In this document: piece by piece, positions 19,222-27,320 of the stretch
How positions within the stretch are numbered: position 1 is the stretch's first letter
Layout of the letters: every line of letters starts with the position of its first letter
Source of the DNA: a virus
Lineage: Duplodnaviria > Caudoviricetes
DNA: 64,000 bases
Direction: 5' to 3' (one strand)
Virus record (IMG/VR): IMGVR_UViG_3300028531_000001
Location: 1-64,000 of that record
The notes under the pieces: model-generated
What the model was told of the DNA's origin: nothing
Seen by the model: only the letters and a program-made list of their open reading frames with translations
The model's database searches: none
Program-made: the position numbers and the translations under genes

Positions 19222-19300
19222 AGACCTGACCTCGTGCTAGCGGGGTTTGGTTCAGGCTCGGTCGGGAGGGCTCAATCTCCCGGCCGGGCCGTTTTCGTTT
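19222..19300 (+). ncRNA. Predicted cis-antisense sRNA A (two hairpins, terminator)
   Basis: Starts AGACCTG; hairpin 19255-19290 plus T-rich tail; homologous to 29669..29747. Confidence 0.55.
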
Positions 19301-19326
19301 GTCGCGTCTCTCGACCCGACAAGAGC

Positions 19327-19355
19327 ATATTAACTCTGGGTCTGTACTGAGTCAA
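19327..19355 (-). promoter_or_regulatory. Sigma70-type promoter of leftward operon A
   Basis: TTGACT-17 nt-TAATAT on the minus strand. Confidence 0.75.
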
Positions 19356-19468
19356 CAGAAAAGGGAAATAAAATCCGGTCTGGATTCCTCTCGGGTATTG
19401 CGTAGAGTTAAGTCGGTGCTAGAATCCCGTCAGACTGGATGTTGTCTCGTCTTTATGGATGCCCCGAC

Positions 19469-19678
19469 ATGGCTCCCGACAAACCTAAGAAATCAGTGAG
19501 CAAGCAGCCGACGGCAATCACGGTCAGGGGATCGAAGGAATGGCGCAGTTGGGTTGAGAAGATGGCAAAACACTGCATGACGGACACGTCGAAGCTCGTT
19601 GATGCAGCATTAGCGAGATATGGTAAGGAGCAGGGATTCGATGAGCCTCGACCTGACAGGCAAGGCGAGAACAGCTAA
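19469..19678 (+). CDS. Ribbon-helix-helix-like transcriptional regulator
   Basis: 'TAITVRGSKEWRSWVEKMAK...TSKLVDAALARY' beta-alpha-alpha pattern; divergent from operon A. Confidence 0.6.
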   Translation: MAPDKPKKSVSKQPTAITVRGSKEWRSWVEKMAKHCMTDTSKLVDAALARYGKEQGFDEPRPDRQGENS

Positions 19679-19777
19679 CCGCCTTGCTTCGTGATCTGGC
19701 TTACCCTTGCCGAATCGCCTCATAACCCGCAAGAATGGTTGCCATCAATCAACGGCACCATCCCTGCGGGTTTTCTC

Positions 19778-20884
19778 ATGCCGATTTCAGTGACCTGCCC
19801 ATGCGGCAAGAAACTCAAGGCACCCGACGAACTGGCGGGCCGGGTGGCCAAGTGCCCGAAGTGCGGGGCGAATCTGGATATTCCGGTCGAGTTCGCGGTC
19901 CCGGTGCTTGAAGCGGAGCCCGAGCCCGAGCCTGAGCCGCAGGCCGCGACGGCAGCCGATTCCCGGCCCGACGGCTGGATCGTCCGGTGGATGAAGGACC
20001 CGGTTGCGTTCGGCGGGACGCTCGTCATCGTGCTCCTGGTCGTTGGAGGAGGCATCTTCGTCTCCAACCACAACATCCGCATGGGCAAGATCGACGAGAT
20101 CCAGCGGCTGCACGAGCAGGGCCACGGACTGATCCGGGAGGGCGAGATCCTGGACGGCTATGCCACGCTCATGGAGTCGATTCGGATGGCCTCGCCCGAC
20201 GGCCTCGGGGACGAGGGGACGCGTCAGACGCTCGATTCCGACCGCGAGACGGTTGCCAGGATCCTGCCGCAGGTCGAGGCCGAGCGGAAGAAGCTGATCG
20301 AGGAACGGCGAGCCGCGGAACTGGCCGCACTCCGGGAGGAGCAAGGGCGTCGCGAGGCCGAAGAAGCGGAGGCCCGATCCAGGCTCAAATGGAGCGTCGA
20401 GGGCCAGGTCGTGCTCGAGCTCAAGAACGGCAAGGCGATCACGCTGCCGGACCTGAGCGTGCGGATCCTCAAGCCGATGGTCCCGATCGGGGACCTCGGG
20501 GAAGAAGAGAGCGGTGCCCTGCTCTCGACCGTGGCTTTCGCCGGCAAGACGGTCCGCGACGACGTGAACCTCCTGCTGGTCTTCCTGGCCTGCCGCCACG
20601 AGATGATCACCAGCACGGCCTACACGGACTTCCAGAAGATCCGCAAATACACCGACGACCCCACCTGGCCGCCGATCGCCGGGAAAGCCACGGTCGCCCG
20701 GGCCGTGACCGACCATAGCGGCCGGTTCAGGATCGCCGACGTCCCCGACGGCAAATACCTCGCCTACGCCAAGTATCGCTCCGAGGCGGATTACATCGAA
20801 TGGTGCACGCCGATCGAGGTCCACGCCGACACGAAAATCGAGCTCAATAACGAGAAGGCCGCGATCCTCCTGGACGGACGGTGA
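19778..20884 (+). CDS. Zn-ribbon membrane protein of planctomycete type
   Basis: N-terminal CPCG...KCPKCG, one TM helix, coiled coil, C-terminal 'TDHSGRFRIADVPDGKY' prealbumin-like domain. Confidence 0.75.
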   Translation: MPISVTCPCGKKLKAPDELAGRVAKCPKCGANLDIPVEFAVPVLEAEPEPEPEPQAATAADSRPDGWIVRWMKDPVAFGGTLVIVLLVVGGGIFVSNHNIRMGKIDEIQRLHEQGHGLIREGEILDGYATLMESIRMASPDGLGDEGTRQTLDSDRETVARILPQVEAERKKLIEERRAAELAALREEQGRREAEEAEARSRLKWSVEGQVVLELKNGKAITLPDLSVRILKPMVPIGDLGEEESGALLSTVAFAGKTVRDDVNLLLVFLACRHEMITSTAYTDFQKIRKYTDDPTWPPIAGKATVARAVTDHSGRFRIADVPDGKYLAYAKYRSEADYIEWCTPIEVHADTKIELNNEKAAILLDGR

Positions 20885-21028
20885 TCCGCCCCCCGCCCCG
20901 CGCGAAACGCCCCTCCGGTAGGCGTTGCCAAAATTCAACATCGATCCCGCAAACCTAACGCCCAACCCGCCTAAATCGCCCTCGGCTCCCACCCCGCGTC
21001 GTTTCGGCCGAATCCGGGCCCGAAATGC

Positions 21029-21057
21029 TTGCATACTGAATATCAGTACACTAAAGT
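21029..21057 (+). promoter_or_regulatory. Sigma70-type promoter with palindromic operator in the spacer
   Basis: TTGCAT-17 nt-TAAAGT; TACTGA-ATA-TCAGTA at 21034-21048. Confidence 0.55.
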
Positions 21058-21216
21058 CTGCCTGTGAGGGGCGGCCCCGGGGTCTTCACACGCCGCCTTG
21101 CGGGCGTCGGCGGGGCGTCCGACGGATCGTGATACTTGGGGGTTTGTGCGAGAATTGACGCGAACACGTCTCATGAATAAGCTGGCGTCTTCATCGTTGT
21201 TTGCCAGCATGACTCG

Positions 21217-21546
21217 GTGCGGGGTGATCCATTGGAAGTTCAAGCGGAAGACATCGCGGCGGACTTCGATCCCGGCCTAGGGGGCGGGGTGTACCGCTGG
21301 TCCGGCGGCGGCGAGACGGGCCCGGTCCTGTCCTACTTGGCGGTCGAGGGCGCCGGCGACGAGGTGATCTGTACGCGCTGTTATTGGGGCCGCCGGCTGA
21401 CGCTGGGGCCCGTGCTGGAGGCGGAGGGTCGCCGGGCGTCGGGAGGGGGGAATCCCGACCGCTCGACGGTGATCTGGCGCGACGGCAGGCCCGCGGCGTC
21501 GGTGAGCCTGAACGCCGACGGGAGCCTGTGCTCGGTCGAATTCTGA
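21217..21546 (+). CDS. Hypothetical protein
   Basis: 109 aa, abuts the repressor stop convergently; start uncertain. Confidence 0.45.
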   Translation: MRGDPLEVQAEDIAADFDPGLGGGVYRWSGGGETGPVLSYLAVEGAGDEVICTRCYWGRRLTLGPVLEAEGRRASGGGNPDRSTVIWRDGRPAASVSLNADGSLCSVEF

Positions 21547-21876
21547 CTACTTGCTGGCCTCGGGCGGCTCGATCTGCGTCAGGAGCCGCCAGGCTTCCTT
21601 GTAGCCGATGAACCGCACGTACCCCAGGATCTTGTTCTCGAACTCCTGGTCGTACCGGCTCATCGGCGGCAGGGCCGACTGGTCGTCGTCCAGGAAGTAG
21701 GTGACCGGCACCGAGAAGAGTTCCGCGATCTTCTCGATCGTGGCCAGTTGCGGGCGGTGCTCGCCGCGCTCCCAGCGGGTGACGTTCGACCGCGAGACGC
21801 CGACGTAGTCGCCGACCTCACGCTGGGTGAGTCCGCGACGTTCTCGCAGCAGGGCGACCTTTTTTGCGAAGTCCAT
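21547..21876 (-). CDS. XRE-family (CI-like) repressor
   Basis: 'LRERRGLTQREVGDYVGVSRSNVTRWERG' HTH_3; divergent from the early operon. Confidence 0.85.
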   Translation of the reverse strand: MDFAKKVALLRERRGLTQREVGDYVGVSRSNVTRWERGEHRPQLATIEKIAELFSVPVTYFLDDDQSALPPMSRYDQEFENKILGYVRFIGYKEAWRLLTQIEPPEASK

Positions 21877-22114
21877 AGCCCCAGACTTAATCTCTGCGCA
21901 CGAAGTTTCCAAGTCTAGCGTCCCATCTAAAAGCCGGATTGTCACACTTCCTCACCAAGCCATCTTGTTCTTGCCGTCGCCGGTGAGCTTTTGATACATT
22001 CTCTCGGTGCGATGCGGGGACCTTGCTCACCGGCCCGACGTGAATCATTCGCGGGCAGAGGCCGGATCTTTCCCGCGTCGCGTGGAATCAACATTTGTTC
22101 CAGAAGAGGTGAGA

Positions 22115-22660
22115 ATGGGTCACCCCCTGCTCGCGGGCGAGGTGAGGCCGCGGCCACACTCGGACCTGCCGCTGAGGCCGACGGTGCGTTGGATGACCGC
22201 CGAGCACATCCGGGCGGCGGCGGAGATCGACTTCGCGGGCACGCCCTGGGACTGGACGGGGCCCCGCATGGCCGAGTTCCTGGCCCGACGCGGCTGCATG
22301 GGCCGGGTGGCCGAATCGGCCGGCTCGGCGGTCGGGTTCGCGTTGTACGAGGCGAGACGGCCGACGATCGAGGTGCACAAGCTGGTCGTGGACGCCGAAT
22401 ACCGCGGCCTGGGCGTCGGGGAGGCGTTGGTCCGGGCCCTCGCGGCGAAGCTCGACGGGGCGACCTGGGGGCGGCTGCTGATCAACGTGCGCGAGACCAA
22501 CCTGGACGGGCAGCTGTTCCTGCGCGAGCAGGGATTCCTGGGGCGGCGGGTGATCCGGGGCCACTTCCCCGACTCGGGCGAGGACGCGTTCGAGATGGTG
22601 CTGACGGCCGACCGGGCGAGGCTGGCCCGGCCGGGGTTCCTGGGGCGGAGGCCCGCATGA
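22115..22660 (+). CDS. GNAT acetyltransferase, RimI-like
   Basis: 'VDAEYRGLGVGEAL' motif A, 'VRETNLDGQLFL...GF', 'GEDAFEM'; SD GAGGTGA. Confidence 0.8.
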   Translation: MGHPLLAGEVRPRPHSDLPLRPTVRWMTAEHIRAAAEIDFAGTPWDWTGPRMAEFLARRGCMGRVAESAGSAVGFALYEARRPTIEVHKLVVDAEYRGLGVGEALVRALAAKLDGATWGRLLINVRETNLDGQLFLREQGFLGRRVIRGHFPDSGEDAFEMVLTADRARLARPGFLGRRPA

Positions 22661-23490
22661 GGCAGTATCTCGACCTCCTGCGGCACGTCATGGACCACGG
22701 CGAGGACCAGCCGTCGCGTTCCGTCCTGGCCAGCACGGGCGAGCGGCCGTCCACGCGGAGCGTCTTCGGCCATCAGTGCCGCCACGACCTACGCGACGGC
22801 TTCCCGATCGTCACGACGAAGTACGTCCCGTTCCGCCAGGTCGCCGCGGAGCTGGCGTGGTTCCTGAGCGGATCGACCAACGTCGCCCCGCTCCACGAAT
22901 CGGGCGTCCGCATCTGGGACGCCTGGGCGACGGAGGGCGGCGACCTCGGGCCCATCTACGGCGCGTTGTGGCGGAACTGGCAGGGCCGGGGCGGGCGTGT
23001 CGACCAGATCGCGGAACTGGCGGCGGGAATCCGGGCGGTGGCCGACGACCCGCACGACTCGCGGGCGAGGCGGCTGGTCCTCACGTCCTGGGACCCGTCG
23101 GCCATGCGGCAGGTCAAAGGCCCGTCGGGATGCCACACGCTCTGCCAGTTCTACGTCAGCAAAGGCCGGCTGTCCTGCCACCTCTACCAGCGGTCGGCGG
23201 ACCTGTTCCTGGGCGTCCCCTGGAACATCGCGTGCTACGCCCTGCTGACGCACCTGATGGCGAGCCTCTCGGGGCTCGAGCCGTTCGAGTTCATCCACTC
23301 GTTCGGCGACGCCCACATCTACGCGAACCACCTCGATCAGGTGGCCGAGCAACTCACGCGCGACCCCCTGCCCTTGCCGACGCTGAAGATCGACTCCCGC
23401 TTCGGCTCGATCGACCGGTTCGACCCGTCGTGGGTCTCACTCGATAGTTATGCGTCCCATCCCAGGCTCTCGGGCGAGGTGGCTATATGA
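22657..23490 (+). CDS. thyA: Thymidylate synthase
   Basis: MRQYLDLL, LGPIYG, catalytic GCH, YQRSADLFLGVPWNI, GDAHIY. Confidence 0.95.
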   Translation: MRQYLDLLRHVMDHGEDQPSRSVLASTGERPSTRSVFGHQCRHDLRDGFPIVTTKYVPFRQVAAELAWFLSGSTNVAPLHESGVRIWDAWATEGGDLGPIYGALWRNWQGRGGRVDQIAELAAGIRAVADDPHDSRARRLVLTSWDPSAMRQVKGPSGCHTLCQFYVSKGRLSCHLYQRSADLFLGVPWNIACYALLTHLMASLSGLEPFEFIHSFGDAHIYANHLDQVAEQLTRDPLPLPTLKIDSRFGSIDRFDPSWVSLDSYASHPRLSGEVAI

Positions 23491-24029
23491 TCGTCTGCGC
23501 GATCGTGGCGATGGACCGCAACGGACTGATCGGGGCCGGCGGGAAGCTCCCCTGGCACCTGCCGGGCGACTTGAAGCGGTTCCGGGCCCTGACGATGGGC
23601 TGCCCGGTCATCATGGGCCGGAAGACGTTCTGCTCGCTCGGGAAGCCGCTGGATGGCCGGGAGAACATCGTCCTGTCGCGGTCGGGACCGAAGATCGGCA
23701 AGGGCTTCCGGGTCTCCCCGTCGATCGAAGACGCGATCGGCTACCACGAATATTGGGGTACGCCTCGTGTCTGGATCATCGGCGGGGCCGAGGTCTACGC
23801 GGCAACCTGCCACCTGTGGGACGAACTGGCGATCACGAGCGTCGCTGGAGACTACGCGGGGGACGCCCACTTCCCGCTAGACGCGGTCGACGCGATCGGC
23901 TGGAAGCTCGTGAAGCACGCCGGCTTCGTTGTCGGCGGCTTGCCCTTCCACACGGCGAGCAAGTTCCGCCGGATCGAGCCGGGCGAGGCCCCCGTCTCGA
24001 TCAACCCCGCCATCCCGCTCGGATCTTGA
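23487..24029 (+). CDS. folA: Dihydrofolate reductase
   Basis: IG..GKLPWHLPGDLKRFRALT, IMGRKTF, WIIGGAEVY. Confidence 0.95.
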   Translation: MIVCAIVAMDRNGLIGAGGKLPWHLPGDLKRFRALTMGCPVIMGRKTFCSLGKPLDGRENIVLSRSGPKIGKGFRVSPSIEDAIGYHEYWGTPRVWIIGGAEVYAATCHLWDELAITSVAGDYAGDAHFPLDAVDAIGWKLVKHAGFVVGGLPFHTASKFRRIEPGEAPVSINPAIPLGS

Positions 24030-24069
24030 GCCCGCCCTGTCATCAACTTGTCACCGGGAAGTCATCGCC

Positions 24070-24468
24070 ATGTCACTGAACACGCCCGAGCCCGCGCCTA
24101 TCCCGATCGCCGGCCAGCCGGTCTGGCCGCTGGTGATCGCGGACATGAAGGAATACGCCGGCCAGTTCTCGGAAGGGACCAAGACCGCCGAGGTCGCGTG
24201 CCTCATCGCCCTGGACGCATGCGAGCGGGATTCGATCGGCGCCAAGAAGTACGGCACCCCGCTCTGCGTTGGCGACGGCCGGAACGCCCTCGTGGACGCC
24301 TATCAGGAATCGCTCGATCTGATAGTCTATCTCCGTAAAGAGATCGAGGAGTGCCAGGGCGCATCCTTAGCCGATGACGACGGCTTGGCGGTCGCTTACG
24401 AGGACGCGATGAGTGCTGCCCTGCTCCTCAAGACGATCCTGCTCCGGCGCGAAGCCAAGCCCGCCTGA
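24070..24468 (+). CDS. All-alpha NTP-pyrophosphatase (MazG-like) phage protein
   Basis: 'RDSIGAKKYGTPL...DAYQESLDLIVYL' motif. Confidence 0.5.
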   Translation: MSLNTPEPAPIPIAGQPVWPLVIADMKEYAGQFSEGTKTAEVACLIALDACERDSIGAKKYGTPLCVGDGRNALVDAYQESLDLIVYLRKEIEECQGASLADDDGLAVAYEDAMSAALLLKTILLRREAKPA

Positions 24469-24862
24469 CTCCCCTGCCCTGCCCGGCCCTGGAAACACAG
24501 CCAGCCCGCCATCTCCAACGAGGGATGACGGGCTGGCATGGCTCACTTGCCCCGGCAGGGTCGAGACAAGCAATATAGGGCAGCTTTCAAGGCGTGGCGA
24601 CCAACGGACGGGTCCTGGAATCGCCTACTGGCGGTTCGCTGTTGGCCGCGAAGGCGTCCGGGAGGACTGGCTACCCCCGCGGGCACCATAAGAGGGATCG
24701 AACCGCATTCTAGCCAGCGTCGTTTCGCTGAGAGACCTGTGGCCTCGGCACAACCGTGCCCCATGTACGATGCGACCCCGGTGGGATCCTACTGACCAGA
24801 CTGGCCGGCGCTCAGATCCGACAATGCAATAATAGGTCGCTCACCACCGCAAGTCAACACGA

Positions 24863-25273
24863 CTACGACACTGAATCCGTCGAATCGTCCTCAATCGGGA
24901 TCAACTCCATCTTGACCGCCTTCCCATAGATCGCTGCGATCTTGTAGAGCGTATCGAGCGTCGGATTCAGGTGGCGGGCATTCTCCAGTTTGGAGATCGC
25001 CACGCGAGACACGCCCGACTTCTCGGCTGCCTGGTCGAGAGTCCAGCCATGCTCTTCCCTGGCGGTCTTGAGTTCAGACGCGACCTGCGTGATGAAGTAC
25101 CATTGCGGCTGGTACACCGTTCCGCCTTGGTCCTCAAAAAATCCCATCGCCCGTAGCCGCTCTTCGCTCGGCTGCTCCTTGTCGAGCCAGGCAATCTCGG
25201 CCCCTTCAGGCGTGTTGGGATCATAGTACGGATCGTATCCCGGTTCTCCCGGTTTTGGCGTTGGCTTGTCCAT
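24863..25273 (-). CDS. XRE-HTH antitoxin-like regulator
   Basis: 'LKTAREEHGWTLDQAAEKSGVSRVAISKLEN' HTH after an unstructured N-terminus; follows a toxin-like gene. Confidence 0.75.
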   Translation of the reverse strand: MDKPTPKPGEPGYDPYYDPNTPEGAEIAWLDKEQPSEERLRAMGFFEDQGGTVYQPQWYFITQVASELKTAREEHGWTLDQAAEKSGVSRVAISKLENARHLNPTLDTLYKIAAIYGKAVKMELIPIEDDSTDSVS

Positions 25274-25316
25274 ATCGGCTTCCCTTGTTCTCGGGTTGTG
25301 TGTCAGAATGAAAGAG

Positions 25317-25346
25317 GCTGGCCGGGGGTTGCAGCCCCCAGCCAGC
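25317..25346 (-). promoter_or_regulatory. Hairpin between the toxin and antitoxin genes
   Basis: GCTGGCTGGGGG-CTGCAA-CCCCCGGCCAGC then CTCTTTC on the minus strand. Confidence 0.6.
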
Positions 25347-25369
25347 GGTCAGGTTTGCGGCCCACCCCT

Positions 25370-25612
25370 CTAGACGAGGTAGGCTGTGATCACCCGGACC
25401 AGCTTAATCGGCTGGTGTCGTTTGACCCTGTAGACGACTAAGAACCGCTTTCCTTTGGCGGTCCACCCGAACCCGATCGGAAGTCCGCTTGATCGGCTTG
25501 CTTCCGGTTCGTGGTTCGGGTCGCTTATCACTCGCTCGCAGTCCTCCTTTGTGATTGGCCTGTGGGCGAAATGCCCCAGGTTCCATTCGTCCCACTCGAA
25601 CTCAATTTTCAA
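25370..25612 (-). CDS. BrnT/RelE-like toxin
   Basis: 'EFEWDEWNLGHF..RPITKEDCE' and 'FLVVY...VRVITAY'; TTG start with SD AAGGAGG. Confidence 0.7.
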   Translation of the reverse strand: MKIEFEWDEWNLGHFAHRPITKEDCERVISDPNHEPEASRSSGLPIGFGWTAKGKRFLVVYRVKRHQPIKLVRVITAYLV

Positions 25613-25791
25613 AGAGCCTCCTTTCGTCCGATCACCGATCGAACGAGTACACTTTAATGTTCGTCACGAATTAGTTCAAGATCGAAGTTTGAAAACTGTG
25701 AATTTTCGACGCATAAATGACTCATAAACGGCGCATAAAAACAGGGGCCGCGATGGGCCCCCGTGCTGCGACGATGGTGTGTGGCTGAGCT

Positions 25792-27162
25792 TTATCGCAG
25801 CGTCCCCTTCGCGAAGTTCGTCAGGTTATCCCCCTCCGAATCATTCCGCACCGTCGAAGGCTGAGCCGGCCCGCCCGCCTGGACCGTCCCGATGGCCGGG
25901 TACGGCAGCTTCTCGATCACGTCCTCGGCCACCCACCATCCCCCCGGCCCGTAGACGCCGTCCCGCCCCGCCGAGACGATCTGATACGTGTCCGGCTTGT
26001 GCCACCGGCTGTTGGGGATCGGCGGCGGCTTGAGCCCGCCCGTCGCGTAGGGCTCGGCCACCGGCAGGCTCGGCCCGCTGGTGTACGGGTTCGGGCCCGG
26101 CGAGACGACCAGCCCGCGGTACGTGGCGAAGGCACCGACGGGCTCCCCGTCCAGGTTGCAATCGTCGGGGTCGTAGCCCGATCCGTTGTAGGCGGAGAAG
26201 TAGGCGTAGGCCCGCCGCCCCGTCCCCGACCCGAGCGGATCGACGTAGCTGGGGAAGCCGTCCCCGTCGAGGTCCACTAATCGCCCGGCCTGGAACTCGA
26301 ACAGGGGCTTGTCGCGGTTGAGTTCGACCGAGTCGCCGATGAAGGGCTGGGTCTGGCTCTTGGCGAACCCCTGCGTCCCGAAGCCCCCGGCGTGTGGCGC
26401 CGGAAGGCCCCCGAGGAAGAACACCAGGCATTCGTCGCCGGTCAGCAGGACGGGGACGGGGTTGATCTTGCCGTCCCCGTCGAAGTCGTAGCCCCCGCCC
26501 CGCACCGGCAGCGGCTCCTCCAGCGGGATCGTGGACAGGACGACGCGGGGGAATGCCGCGTTCAGCCGACGCCGGGATTCCTCGCGGAACGGGGCCAGCT
26601 CGGGCGCCAGGTCCAGCCAGGTCGCGGCGGAGTAGTCGCCGGTCTCGCACAGGGCGATCTTGCTGGGCGGGTAGTGGCCACGCATCGACTTGTACGCCGC
26701 CTGCCCGGTGGCGAGCATGTTGATCTCGGCCGTGACCGTTGCGTCCTTGGCCGATCGAACCGCCCCGTTGATCGCGGGCAGCAGCAGGGCGATGAGGATC
26801 GCCAGCACGAACATGACGACCAGCAGTTCGACTAGGGTGAAGGCGTTGCGGGATGCTCGTTGATCGAGGTGGCAGCGATCGATTTGATCCCGGAGATTCC
26901 GCCCCACCGTGTTGGCAGTCAGCGTCTGGCCCGAAAGGTGGCCGCTGACGCGGTCAGCCCAATCCTTTGCGTCGGCGATATGAGTAATGCCAGCCTCTTC
27001 ATAGAGGTTAGAGTTGGTGACAATCGTGACTTTGTATTTCGTTTGCCCGAGGCAATCGATGGCCGCCCTGATATCGCCTCGCCGGGCCTGCCATTGGGAC
27101 GGAATTCCGTCTTTCCAGTTCGTCACAGTCCAATCCAGTCTCTTCACGTCGGTCGTAGCCAC
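25792..27162 (-). CDS. Fusion: 107-aa N-terminal domain + type IV pilin/pseudopilin (N-methylation motif)
   Basis: Internal RNA|FTLVELLVVMFVLAILIALLLPAI (Phe108 at 26841); 'YQIVSAGRDG' and 'DNLTNF' C-terminal motifs. Confidence 0.8.
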   Translation of the reverse strand: MATTDVKRLDWTVTNWKDGIPSQWQARRGDIRAAIDCLGQTKYKVTIVTNSNLYEEAGITHIADAKDWADRVSGHLSGQTLTANTVGRNLRDQIDRCHLDQRASRNAFTLVELLVVMFVLAILIALLLPAINGAVRSAKDATVTAEINMLATGQAAYKSMRGHYPPSKIALCETGDYSAATWLDLAPELAPFREESRRRLNAAFPRVVLSTIPLEEPLPVRGGGYDFDGDGKINPVPVLLTGDECLVFFLGGLPAPHAGGFGTQGFAKSQTQPFIGDSVELNRDKPLFEFQAGRLVDLDGDGFPSYVDPLGSGTGRRAYAYFSAYNGSGYDPDDCNLDGEPVGAFATYRGLVVSPGPNPYTSGPSLPVAEPYATGGLKPPPIPNSRWHKPDTYQIVSAGRDGVYGPGGWWVAEDVIEKLPYPAIGTVQAGGPAQPSTVRNDSEGDNLTNFAKGTLR

Positions 27163-27188
27163 AGTCCTGCCCTTTCAAAAGAAGCCGA

Positions 27189-27320
27189 TCAGTCCGCCAT
27201 CACGCTCACGGCCCACCCGTCGTTTGCAGCCTCGGCCCACTTGTATCCCGCCACCGCGACCGCCATGCAGAGCAGCAGGGCGGCCAGGATCAGGCGGGCG
27301 TCGGAGAGGTCAAGTCGCAT
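27189..27320 (-). CDS. Small membrane protein (43 aa)
   Basis: MRLDLSDARLILAALLLCMAVAVAGYKW... Confidence 0.45.
   Translation of the reverse strand: MRLDLSDARLILAALLLCMAVAVAGYKWAEAANDGWAVSVMAD

Noticed and set aside
22657-23490. dCMP/dUMP hydroxymethylase for base modification
   Set aside because: Keeps Asn in PWNI and is coupled to DHFR, as expected for ordinary ThyA
24681-24762. tRNA/tmRNA on the minus strand (GGTTCGATCC)
   Set aside because: T-stem does not pair, no proper D/anticodon arms or CCA; kept only as a generic structured region
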